DNA of 64,000 bases from positions 1 to 64,000 of the forward strand of contig CAVVXT010000003.1 of NCBI GenBank assembly GCA_963752255.1. The letters are read 5' to 3'. This stretch comes from Nitrososphaeria archaeon. Lineage in GTDB: Archaea > Thermoproteota > Nitrososphaeria > JACIWG01. A program made the translations under genes and the position numbers. The notes under the pieces are model-generated. The model did no database searches. It was not told where the DNA came from and worked only from the letters and a program-made list of their open reading frames with translations. Shown piece by piece: positions 10,172-19,361 of the stretch. Every line of letters begins with the position of its first letter. Within the stretch, counting starts at the first letter, position 1.

Positions 10172-11469
10172 TCAAATCTGGAGTTCCGCTTCCACATCGG
10201 AAACGGTGTCGTAAACTACGATGCGCTCGCTCTCAATGGCTGCCGTTAATTGCTCATAAGCCCCGCTCATAGCATCCACCTGGTCGTCGTGCGCGCCATT
10301 GGGGAACTGTTCAACCTCGGACAAAAAATCGTTAATCCAGTTGCCCCTTACCAGTCTGATGTTGCCTGCCTCAGCCTGTGCACTCACAGGGTTCGCGCGT
10401 ACTTCCTTCGAGCCGGTTGTTTTTACGCCGTGAAATGAATATCTTTGCAGGACTTCTCGCTGATAATGGTCTATCGTGTTTACCCCACTTGAACCAGGCT
10501 CCTGCTCCATGTAAATGTCAATAGGCTGCCCGTCTAGTTGCGCTGTCTGTTTAATGAGCGATTCTACTGCCAGTGGTGAACCTCTCATATGACGCATGTC
10601 TTTGATATAACAAATCCCAGCGGGTGTACGTCCCATGAGACAGCCTGCCGTCCAGTCGGGGTCATTGCCCTTCTTGGGTTCGGTGGCGGCTAAATCCCAA
10701 TAACGCACAAGTTTACATTCAGAGGGCATAGCATCGGGCATAGCATCCAGGGGGCTTCCAAACCATTCCCGTTTGAACTTACTCCCACCGGCAAACACAT
10801 CCCAATTACCCTCTTTGAGCTGAGAACGAGTCACATAATCTAGTTTGTCCAGTGAACTATTGTAAGCAACCTGGTCGAGATAAGGATTATCCGACATCTT
10901 GGCCGGGATAAAAGGTCGTCCGTTCTGTTGACCTTCAACAATGAAACGTTGTTTAACCCAATCGTGCCCTTTATCGCCAGGGTTAGAAGTCGCTCTCATG
11001 CGCAGCGGCACGTTGCTCTTTTCGAGTCGTCTTAATCTTGAGAATAAGTAGGTGTACTGTGTCTCGGAGAACTGCGTTAGTTCGTCAAATCCGATAAACT
11101 GAAATTCCGAGGACTGGTATCTATATTTGTCCTGCTCGTTTTCCAGATAGCCAAATGAGATGGTCGCACCCGAAGGAAATCTCCACGTCTTTTCCGCATC
11201 TTTCCATTGTGCCACGGTGGGAAAGAACCATTCCCGCGCTCTGTCCATGAGAGCTCCCGGTAAAGTTAAGTCGGCATAGGTCTTGCGAAAGGAATTGCCG
11301 CATAATCCGGCACGTCCACATACTGTAAGCCTGCCATTAAGAGACAATCAGATTTGCCACCCCCTGCCGCTCCCCCGTAAAATGCCTCCTCAGTTGTTAG
11401 CGCCAAGAATAACAGTTGTTTCGGTGTTGGCTTGTGCGGACAGTAGAGGGGCACTTTCACCGTGGCCAT
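10172..11469 (-). CDS. terL: Terminase large subunit (frameshift near 11290)
   Basis: Walker A 'YGGAAGGGKS', Walker B 'FIGFDELTQF', 'ATSNPG', nuclease 'YWDLA' and 'HDDQVDAMS'. Confidence 0.92.
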
Positions 11470-11860
11470 TCGAGCCAAGTAATTCTGGACTGATATTGAG
11501 TCTAACGGCTTCAAGTATTGCGGCGGCAACATCGTTTGTGCTGAATTGGACAATTTTGGTCTCCATCTTGATAGGCAGTCCCCCACTGGTTACATCCGTG
11601 GCTTGTGTTGGTTGACCATAAAGTCTATCCATGAGCTTCTCTGTTCGCATGGGATGACTATAACAATCCAAGAGGTATTTTATAGCCAGTTGGTTAGCCA
11701 GTGCGAGAGGCTTGGCGGCCTCAGCCTTTAACTGTGCGTTAGTATAAGCAAGATATTGCTCCATGATTGTTATAAGGCAGTGCTCTTTGTGTGGCCTGCC
11801 TTTGGGATTTCCCGATTGTCCCTTCTTCCATCTGACTTTTTCTTGTTTATCAGTTCCCAA
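11390..11860 (-). CDS. terS: Terminase small subunit (DUF5681-type N-terminus)
   Basis: 'WKKGQSGNPKGRP' and 'DR..G.P.Q..DVTSGG.PI'; directly upstream of terL. Confidence 0.75.
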   Translation of the reverse strand: MGTDKQEKVRWKKGQSGNPKGRPHKEHCLITIMEQYLAYTNAQLKAEAAKPLALANQLAIKYLLDCYSHPMRTEKLMDRLYGQPTQATDVTSGGLPIKMETKIVQFSTNDVAAAILEAVRLNISPELLGSNGHGESAPLLSAQANTETTVILGANN

Positions 11861-11874
11861 GTTTCTCTGCCTTC

Positions 11875-12660
11875 TTACCTATGTAGTTCTCCCAAATAAT
11901 CTTCAGCCAACTGACTATCAGTCATGCCTTTTACTAAACCTCTTATTTCAGATGGTTTCGGCAATTCCGATTCCTGAGGGAATAATCGTAGGTTAGTCAC
12001 ATTCATAGATTCTGGCTTACCATTTTTGTTACTCCTAATAGTACCAGAAGAAATGACTCTCTGACCTAAGCCTTTTTGAATACTTGGCAGTATTTTTCTG
12101 TCAAAATAACAGGGTATACCCCATCCATGAATTGCGTCGTAAACCCGAAAGTAAGTATTTTCATGGAGCGTAACCATTTCTAAGATGCCTTCGATAGAAC
12201 CAGTCGAACTGTAGGATTTTCCTATTAATTCATCAATAGTGACTGCAATATGCTCACTGACAACTACCACTCTATCTTGATGCATAATTTCAATAGACCT
12301 AATATTATTCTGAGATATTCTGGCAAGTTGCTTAGTAGCGTTCAATGCATCGTCTGTAAAATTATCTGGCAGAGTATTTCCTTTTTTAAGTTGCTCAAGA
12401 CCATTGAGATACGAGTTAATAACATCAATACTATAATCTCTGGTGTCAGACTTTGGAATGGATTTTACACTTACCATTGCAGGACTCTGACGACTAAGAA
12501 TACCGATTACCCAACGCAAAGTTCCTCGTCTTTTCATAGATATGGCGCTGTCTAGTTCCTGCAATATTTCCAATGAATAATTGAGCGCATTAATGAAAGG
12601 TTGAGCGTCTATATCCTCTGTCTTCCCATCTATTTTAATTATGATTTCATTATTAGACAT
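11875..12660 (-). CDS. Hypothetical accessory protein (AT-rich, probable C-terminal OB-like fold)
   Basis: Intact 261-aa ORF with GGAG RBS; composition differs from flanking phage genes. Confidence 0.7.
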   Translation of the reverse strand: MSNNEIIIKIDGKTEDIDAQPFINALNYSLEILQELDSAISMKRRGTLRWVIGILSRQSPAMVSVKSIPKSDTRDYSIDVINSYLNGLEQLKKGNTLPDNFTDDALNATKQLARISQNNIRSIEIMHQDRVVVVSEHIAVTIDELIGKSYSSTGSIEGILEMVTLHENTYFRVYDAIHGWGIPCYFDRKILPSIQKGLGQRVISSGTIRSNKNGKPESMNVTNLRLFPQESELPKPSEIRGLVKGMTDSQLAEDYLGELHR

Positions 12661-12704
12661 GACTCTCCAACCTCCATATGCTATAATACTTGCTGGAGGT
12701 TTAA

Positions 12705-12860
12705 TTGGTTAATACTAAAATTCAAGGAACTAAGAAAAACAAGAAGTCAGTAGTGTCACAACCACCACTGACTGAAACCGACTTTGACAGTTTTCTCTGC
12801 AAAGTTACCCGTCCTATTTCGAAGCAATCACAACCTGAGAAAGAAAAGACTCGAACATAG
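12705..12860 (+). CDS. 51-aa small protein convergent on the IS1595 transposase
   Basis: TGcTATAAT at 12679-12687, GGAGGT at 12695-12700, TTG start; MVNTKIQGTKKNKKSVVSQPPLTETDFDSFLCKVTRPISKQSQPEKEKTRT. Confidence 0.5.
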   Translation: MVNTKIQGTKKNKKSVVSQPPLTETDFDSFLCKVTRPISKQSQPEKEKTRT

Positions 12861-13739
12861 GTTCTTCTTGCTGTCGCCTATTATAGCTGAAAGCATACTC
12901 ATTAAGATAGTCCTGAAGATATTTTGCGCTTACCGCATGGTTTACACCACTAATTCCACGTTTTACTAAGCTCCAAAAGCCCTCAATGGTATTCGTATGA
13001 GCATCACCCATCACATAGACCTTGCTCGCATGATGAACTCTTTTATGCTGATATCCCATTCCGGTATTTTGTCATAGCTAGGCAATTCATCAGTATAGAT
13101 GATGCTATTTTGTAGGACTTTCTCTTTGATTATCGGTAGCAAAGTTTTGGATTAACATCGGGGACTACCTTAGCGATAACCTTCCCTTTACGCTCGACTA
13201 ATCCCATAGCTACTGGTTTTGCCTTCAGCACCACGACCACGAGTACCATGCCTCTTACCACCAATGTATGTTTCATCTGCTTCTACTGATGAACCCTCCA
13301 AAACAGCATCTTCATTAAGCATAGAGCGAATTTGCTTGAACATTCTCCATGCCGTCTTATAGGTCACCCCAAGTTCACGTTCAAGTTGCTTTGCAGAAAT
13401 ACCGCAACGAGTCTGAGCCATTAGGTACATGGCATAAAACCACAGTTTCAAAGGGGTAGCTGACTTCTCCATAATCGTTCCTGCCATTGGCGATACCTGA
13501 TGACCACAAATATCGCAGGCATAGACGGGACGGCCTGTGACCTTATAATGCTTGGTGACCTTCCCGCATTTCGGGCAGGTGATCCCGTTTGCCCAACGAT
13601 TTTGTTTTAGCCATTCTAGGCAAGCATCATCATCAGGGAACTTTTCGTTGAAATCATTGACTGTAAATCGTTTCATATGCTACCTTCCTTACAAGAATAA
13701 TATAGCATATTAACTACTTGATGTCAAGGGATAATTGCC
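12814..13739 (-). mobile_element. IS1595-family (ISXO2-type) element; transposase frameshifted (ORFs 13188-13676 and 12814-13059)
   Basis: Zn ribbon CPKC/CDIC, 'ISAKQLERELG' HTH, 'EADETY', 'HTNTIEGFWS', 'YL..YLNEY.F.YN.R'; candidate terminal IR GGCAATTATCCC at 13739-13728; second IR not found. Confidence 0.85.
13699..13727 (-). promoter_or_regulatory. sigma70 promoter of the transposase
   Basis: TTGACA-N17-TATATT with extended TGn. Confidence 0.7.
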
Positions 13740-13754
13740 TTTTATAATAAGACT

Positions 13755-14105
13755 ATGCAATATTTAATAATTTCAGCCTGTTTGCTAGGCTATCCATGTA
13801 GGTGGCACGGTAAAGCAATAAAGCCTAGTAAAATTACGCTACAACTGATAAATGAATATGCAACTATAATTCCACTTCCTGTATGCCCAGAAACATTAGC
13901 TGGCTTGCCAACGCCCCGACTTCCTGTAAAACGAGAAAATGGTCATGTATAGCAGACATGCCCAGATAAGAAATATCGTAAAATAGTCACTGGATTGGAC
14001 GTTACTGATATTTACAAAATAGGAGCACAGCGCACATTATGGATATGTCAGTGTCTAAATGTTAATACTGCCATACTGTGCTCATGGTCTACGATGTTGC
14101 GATAG
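13755..14105 (+). pseudogene. DUF523 / TudS-like (thiouracil desulfidase family) Fe-S protein, in-frame TAG and truncated C-terminus
   Basis: 'ISACLLG..CR..G', 'PVCPE..AGL.TPR', then after the TAG at 13950 'G.DVT..Y..GA...AIL'; SPSC motif missing. Confidence 0.7.
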
Positions 14106-14195
14106 ACTTTTGCGTGTTGCCTCACAATAACCCGACTGTACTGCCAGATTGTTGCATCCAGGGAATTTACACGGTCTTGATGGGCTTGTCGGCAT
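14082..14195 (-). pseudogene. N-terminal fragment of packaging-associated HNH endonuclease
   Basis: MPTSPSRPCKFPGCNNLAVQSGYC(EQH) is the typical phage HNH N-terminus; the HNH core is absent. Confidence 0.6.
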
Positions 14196-14340
14196 CTTCC
14201 CTCTCAATCGTTCCTCTCCCCTCGCATCTCTCACAGGCAATGGCGTCACCGTCTTTGTTGTACACGACAATGCCAGTGCCACCGCAAGCCGGACAGAGTG
14301 TGACGTTAGGTTGTGGGGGCTGATAATGCAAAATGACCAT
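14167..14340 (-). CDS. 57-aa DnaJ-type zinc-finger microprotein
   Basis: CPACGGTG and CERCEGRG (two CxxCxGxG motifs); GAGG RBS. Confidence 0.65.
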   Translation of the reverse strand: MVILHYQPPQPNVTLCPACGGTGIVVYNKDGDAIACERCEGRGTIEREDADKPIKTV

Positions 14341-14432
14341 GACAGCCTCATAGACAGAGAGGCAGGTTTGATACTGACATATCGCCTACCTCGGTTAGCG
14401 ATCTTTGAAGAAAAGCTCTGGAACTCAAAATG

Positions 14433-14516
14433 AAAAAGCCCATCATCTCTGAAGGGCTTCGGGGCGCATTTGTCCCGCTGATTACGACTGTATCATAGTG
14501 CCTGATGATACGTCAA
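14433..14516 (-). promoter_or_regulatory. Putative late promoter followed by terminator
   Basis: TTGACG-N18-TACAGT (TGn) containing the GTATCAT-N8-ATGATAC palindrome; AAGCCC..GGGCTTTTT terminator at 14433-14459. Confidence 0.5.
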
Positions 14517-14602
14517 GAGTTTTACCTACTCATAGCGTATTTTTCTCGTGAAGTAAGGCGAATTGTATTCCCTTCCGGTGAGTGACAAAGTCCTTGTAAC
14601 TC

Positions 14603-15187
14603 TTACGTCTGAATCCCGTACAGGCCACATAACGCAAAGCTCTGAACATGTGCTTGTAGAGCGTCCTGCTCATTGCAATGAAACGCCTGACATGCCCGAC
14701 GGTCGTTCATTTTATGTGCGATACAGCTCTCAAGAATATACCCGTCCATGCCCGCCCGCTCCAAATTGAAATCAATGACAGCAACCATCTCAGAGAGATA
14801 AGCGAAGGGAGCAAGGCGCGCCCGGAACTTACTATGTGTCTTTACGCACTCTTCATGCTGGAATGGGCTGGTCTGGTCGCGTAAGTCATCCAGGTGCTCA
14901 ATCAGGAATAACATGTGGTAATAATCCGTGTATTTCAGGTCGGATTGTTTCAATTCCAGAGGGCTGAGCCAGATGAAATTCACTTTCTTTTTCCCTGTGA
15001 CAGGTAATTTTACTTCTTGCGCAATAGTTCCGCCGTCCTTCACAATCCGCCGGTTGATTTCCTCCTGAGACATCTCGCTCATTTCTCGCACATCTGTTCT
15101 AGTCTCCATCTTACTTCCTTTCTCCACTCCTGACGGTTGCCATTGCTGTCGCTCTGTACGCAGGTAGGGCGGCAACTCCTTTGTCAT
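14603..15187 (-). CDS. Hypothetical protein, possibly late-gene regulator
   Basis: Last early gene before the late promoter; C-terminus probably frameshifted. Confidence 0.45.
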   Translation of the reverse strand: MTKELPPYLRTERQQWQPSGVEKGSKMETRTDVREMSEMSQEEINRRIVKDGGTIAQEVKLPVTGKKKVNFIWLSPLELKQSDLKYTDYYHMLFLIEHLDDLRDQTSPFQHEECVKTHSKFRARLAPFAYLSEMVAVIDFNLERAGMDGYILESCIAHKMNDRRACQAFHCNEQDALQAHVQSFALCGLYGIQT

Positions 15188-15199
15188 TAATGCCTTACC

Positions 15200-15660
15200 T
15201 CACAGCGCTATCCTCTCGGTGCGCCCGACACAAAGCGGTGCTCGATATTCCACGCTGTCAGTGTCCTCCTGAATGGTGAGCTCAATCCTTGCCGGGCTGC
15301 CGAAACGCTTGCTCATGTGGACGGTGGTTATCTGAGCATCGTCAGGAAAGAGATAGCCATTGCAGGCGTCTCCCAGCGTTTTGAAAAAGTTGTCGAGGTC
15401 GGGCTTCTGCACCGGCATGGTTACCTTCTTTGGCAGGCTGGCAGGCCGTTCGCGGTAAAAGACAGCCGTTAGCACGAGCGGCACCTTCGCTTCAAAACGC
15501 TTGTATTTGATTATCTCGGTGCGGATAAGGGCTTGAATCATCTCCTCGGAGTTGCGCGTCTTTTTGTGGCGTGTAGCTGCCGACTTGCCGCCCCGGACGA
15601 AGAAGCGGGTCTGCCTTTGGCAACGGGAGCGGTCATAATCACCGCATGAATTTCGCTCAC
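15200..15660 (-). CDS. rusA: RusA-family Holliday junction resolvase (frameshifted N-terminus)
   Basis: 'PVAKGRP', 'KPDLDN..K...DA.NG....DDAQI' and 'K.FG...RIE' motifs. Confidence 0.85.
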
Positions 15661-15927
15661 TCTTTCTCTCCTTTCCAGTGCTGTAACACACGCCGGGATA
15701 ATATCAGGATTACGGGCGATGGCTGGTTTCCAGGCGGCGTTATCCGATTTCACTTTCCCTCCAGTAGTACCATTCCAAACTTCGCCGCTATCTCGGCTTC
15801 CATCCGTCGGCTGATTCGCCAGTACCCTTTCCTGTCGCAACTGTTCTAGCTTCAGGTTGCCGGCCAGCGCTTTGGCTGCCAGTCTCTTACGGTTTCTGGG
15901 TTTCTGATGTGAAGTCTTTGGCATCAT
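15660..15927 (-). CDS. Hypothetical phage protein
   Basis: GGAGG RBS, ORF start at 15927; 3' end uncertain because the frame runs into rusA. Confidence 0.45.
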
Positions 15928-16075
15928 TTTCCCTCCAACAGTTTCAGGATGGCGTCAATTTCAGCAGGGCATAATAGTCCACCCTGACAGAAGCAATCAC
16001 TATCCGTTCTGAAACGATGGGGGTCACATTTATCACAATTCTCAGATTGTATATTTAGCAACTTCTCCCTCTATC

Positions 16076-16411
16076 TCAGGACTGTGAAGTTTGGTCCTTA
16101 AGTGCAACTAGCATAGCTTCAGCACCTGCCTCGTATTCCCTGTCATGGTTTCCTTTGCGGTAATCAGTATCGAGCTTTGAATCGTAGGCTTTGCCTCTCC
16201 ATCCTTCAGGTCGCCAGCTGTCCGTCAGCAACACAGACTCAGGCTCAGGAACGGGGACACAGGCGGGACAATCACCACATGGCTTATAGCAACAACTCTC
16301 ATGATATTCGTGTTCTTCGTTATGACCTCCAACACAGCAATTACACTCGCAAGCTTTCGGACAAATCATCTTCATAGCCGCCTTATTTTCTATCCTCAAA
16401 TGGACAACCAA
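16076..16411 (-). CDS. Small Cys/His-rich phage protein
   Basis: CPKAC.C.CC..H...H.YH..CC..PC..CP.C. Confidence 0.55.
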   Translation of the reverse strand: MVVHLRIENKAAMKMICPKACECNCCVGGHNEEHEYHESCCYKPCGDCPACVPVPEPESVLLTDSWRPEGWRGKAYDSKLDTDYRKGNHDREYEAGAEAMLVALKDQTSQS

Positions 16412-16676
16412 TGATTGGTGCCTGTACCTCTTTCTTCAGGGCTCGATACTCAGGAATATCTACCAATTTTCGCGGTGTCTCTCTAATACAAGGATGCAAT
16501 GCGACAATAGGTAATATCTCAATTTTTTTGAATATCTCGGTGGTAACCTTCTTGCGCTCTGCCTCTGCGGCAACCCGACTAATGTCATTCACGAAAGAGA
16601 GGAAATCTGGATTACTGAGTAGTTCACGCATTTCTCTTGGAATAGGCTTCATGTCGGCTTCAGTTTTCTTAGCCAT
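16383..16676 (-). CDS. Hypothetical phage protein
   Basis: GGAGG RBS, 97 aa. Confidence 0.6.
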   Translation of the reverse strand: MAKKTEADMKPIPREMRELLSNPDFLSFVNDISRVAAEAERKKVTTEIFKKIEILPIVALHPCIRETPRKLVDIPEYRALKKEVQAPIIGCPFEDRK

Positions 16677-16690
16677 TCTTCTCCTCCTTC

Positions 16691-16948
16691 TTAAGGATTA
16701 AGTCTTATAATTTCTTTTAATGTCTGTTTTTCTTGGCAAAAGGTCAATTTTTCTTCATACTCCTGGATTATTGCAGCAACTTCTTCAGGACTTTTCCAGC
16801 CTGCCTCTTCGAGCTTCTTGCGTTCATCGGCACGGATTTCTGATTCTGTGAGTTTTGGTCTGAATCGTTGGCAACGTCTGCTATATTCCGTTGCCTCAGA
16901 ACAGAAGGCGCAAAAATAGCATCCTTCGCACGTATTACCCATTATCAT
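16691..16948 (-). CDS. Small Cys-rich phage protein
   Basis: Start MIMGNTC with GGAG RBS; CxxCxxCxxC and 'IRADERKK'. Confidence 0.55.
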   Translation of the reverse strand: MIMGNTCEGCYFCAFCSEATEYSRRCQRFRPKLTESEIRADERKKLEEAGWKSPEEVAAIIQEYEEKLTFCQEKQTLKEIIRLNP

Positions 16949-17238
16949 TTCTCCACAATTTGATGTGGGCAAATAATTTTGGCGAATCCCCTTGCGGTTG
17001 CACCTTTCCCCTGCCGTTCCTGGCAAGCTATGGTGTCCTTAAACTTGCCCTTCCAAAAGTCACATGAGGCACAAGCCTGCCCAATGGGAATTATGGTGTC
17101 ATGCCTGAGTTCTCCAAACATGAGGTAATCAATATTAGTGTCAGATTCATTTAATGCCTGAGTGACCTGATTGACCTGACCATCAGATACTTCCACTGTA
17201 CCTCGTTGTGAGAGTTCCTTAGCTAATTCGTCTAACAT
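16945..17238 (-). CDS. Hypothetical phage protein
   Basis: Translationally coupled ORF, GGAGG RBS. Confidence 0.55.
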   Translation of the reverse strand: MLDELAKELSQRGTVEVSDGQVNQVTQALNESDTNIDYLMFGELRHDTIIPIGQACASCDFWKGKFKDTIACQERQGKGATARGFAKIICPHQIVEK

Positions 17239-17544
17239 TCACTTCACCTCCTGACCTAATTTGAGACATAGCACAATACTATCCGGTATAATCCGAAAAT
17301 TATCCGTGAAAGGTCTTTGCATCCCCGTATTCCAGTCCTCTGTGTCCCTTATCTCACTAGGGTATCTATCCAGTAAATCCCCAATCTTCTTGCGCTCTTT
17401 GATTGCCTCGTCAGCACGAATAGCATCTGCATCCTCTTTTGTCAGTCTGCCAGAGCAAATATTAGGAGTCTCCTTGCGGTCTCTACACCCCTTGCGTATG
17501 CAATCTGCACAGGAGTTTGTCAGTTCATCATTTTTAGGCATCAT
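17239..17544 (-). CDS. Small Cys-containing phage protein
   Basis: CxxC..C..C and 'IRADE...ERKK'. Confidence 0.55.
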   Translation of the reverse strand: MMPKNDELTNSCADCIRKGCRDRKETPNICSGRLTKEDADAIRADEAIKERKKIGDLLDRYPSEIRDTEDWNTGMQRPFTDNFRIIPDSIVLCLKLGQEVK

Positions 17545-17735
17545 TCTTTCCTTTCTGTCATGGCGATAGGGTTTTCGTCATCCTGTAATTCTCTGCCATC
17601 AAGAATCTCATCCAATCTCCTGTGGTCATCGTGATTCAGGCGGTATTGGTCGAAGCTGCATACGAGGTAGCGGGACATGAGGAATTGCTTGACATTGTGC
17701 TTGATGCGTTCTTTCTCGCTGTTAATCTCTGGCAT
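17541..17735 (-). CDS. Hypothetical phage protein
   Basis: GGAGG RBS, overlaps the next gene. Confidence 0.55.
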   Translation of the reverse strand: MPEINSEKERIKHNVKQFLMSRYLVCSFDQYRLNHDDHRRLDEILDGRELQDDENPIAMTERKE

Positions 17736-17881
17736 ACTTCCTCCTTTTTACTGACTTTTCCTTTTCATTTGGTCTCTTAATTTCACACAGATTTTACATT
17801 GCCTGCCGATGAATTCCTTTCTCCAACCCTCGCCCTCGCGTGCGTTTTTATTGACAGAAAAAACTGGCGGCGCGGAATAAC

Positions 17882-18598
17882 TCAAGAGCTGTCATTGAGC
17901 ACTACTCCTATTGCCTTTAATTCGGCAATGGCCTGTGTCCGGTTGAAATCGTTTGCAACACTGATTTTCCCGGAGGCAATATCCTTAACGAAACCAACTC
18001 GTCTCCCCGAAGGCAAAACGTCATTATCTTTTAATTTCGTAACCGAAAAAGAAGGAGTTTCAGTCCCACTTGCTTGCAAGGGGGATTTAGGGGGTTTTTC
18101 TCTATTCTCTATCTCATTCTCGGATGTGACGGTCACGTGACATCCTTCTCTATTCTCTATCTCGTGTGTGACATCGTGTGACAATCCTGTGACTGTCACG
18201 TGACGCTTTGCCTCGTGCAAAGCTAAACGATGCTTCTGTTGCCTCAATTTGGCACTCTCCCTTATCGACTGCAAGGCTTCCAAATTCTGATGTTTTTCAA
18301 AATTCGGGAGAAAAATATTTCCATTTATCCACTGAATCATGTGAAATTTCTCGAAAACTGTCAGTGCCATTTTCACGGTACTGAGCTTCCGGTTGAACAG
18401 CGTTGCCAGTTGTTCCGGCGTGTAAGGAATATCTTCGGCAATATAGATATACCCACCGGCGTTGGTTTTTCCTGCTTGACACAAAAGCTTTGTCCAAATG
18501 ACAAGGACGGCATCGCCCTCAGACATGGCTTCGATAAGGCGAATCTTCTCGTCATCGAACATATCCGTTGTCAACTTAATCCATTCAACTTCCGGCAT
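17882..18598 (-). CDS. Phage replisome organiser / replication initiator
   Basis: N-terminal 'WIKL..DMFDDEKIRLIE..EGD..LVIW.KLL..AGK.N..G' (Phage_rep_org_N). Confidence 0.85.
   Translation of the reverse strand: MPEVEWIKLTTDMFDDEKIRLIEAMSEGDAVLVIWTKLLCQAGKTNAGGYIYIAEDIPYTPEQLATLFNRKLSTVKMALTVFEKFHMIQWINGNIFLPNFEKHQNLEALQSIRESAKLRQQKHRLALHEAKRHVTVTGLSHDVTHEIENREGCHVTVTSENEIENREKPPKSPLQASGTETPSFSVTKLKDNDVLPSGRRVGFVKDIASGKISVANDFNRTQAIAELKAIGVVLNDSS
18098..18204. repeat. Iteron-like repeats within the initiator gene (putative origin)
   Basis: TTCTCTATTCTCTATCTC x2, TGTGAC(G/T)GTCACGTGAC x2, additional GTGTGACA copies. Confidence 0.6.
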
Positions 18599-18610
18599 TC
18601 TCTCCCCCTG

Positions 18611-19349
18611 TCATATCATCGCGGTCTGTCTATTGCGCTCGATAATAACTGCCGTGCGTACATCCATGACATACTGACTCAATCGCCGTACTGTCAGTTC
18701 GCAATATTCCTCTTTAATTTCAATGCCAATAGATTGTCGGCTGAGCGTCTTGGCCGCTAGCAGCGTGGTACCGCTCCCCATGAATGGGTCAATCACCTGT
18801 CTATCGCTGAATTGATGTACCAACCACATAACATGTTGCAATCGGCGAGCACAAGGATGCGGCAGCCCGTCAGGTGCGGTTAATTCCTTTTTGTGATAAT
18901 TGCCTGCCGTATGTCTATGAAATATCCTGTCTGACCTCAGGTCGTGCATTTGCCTCCCATCACTTGGCGGCCACTGATGTAATCAGGCGGGCAGCCGAAA
19001 GCGTAAGCCACATCTCCCGTAAATAATAGTCGGCCTTTATAAGATGGCCTCACATAATCTAACCAGCAGACACGTAGAAATGGCCATCGGGACGGAATGC
19101 CTGAGAGAAAACGAGGGTCACTATCACAACCTAGTTGGACGACAAGGCGCTGCATGTCAGCGGGGATGGCCTGGCACATTTCCGCAAATAGTTCATAAGG
19201 TCGCTCATGACCATCTAATTGAGCTGATGCGTTTGGCCATACTGGGTCAGTAATAATCGTTTCACCCTCGAGTCGGGTAATATCTCCCGACAATCCCCGC
19301 AGTAAATTGTGTTCCATTCATCTTGAAAGTAGGGTTTAATCATGTCCAT
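18611..19349 (-). CDS. Beta-class N4/N6 DNA methyltransferase (frameshifted)
   Basis: 'TIYCGDCREIL', 'IITDPVW', 'HPC.R', 'VIDPFMGSGTT' and 'IGIEI.EEYC' spread over three frames. Confidence 0.8.
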
Positions 19350-19361
19350 CCTGCCAGTAGG

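Noticed and set aside
13950-13952. TAG recoding (alternative code or pyrrolysine)
   Set aside because: Single case; TAG is a normal stop for capsid, tail tube and cI genes
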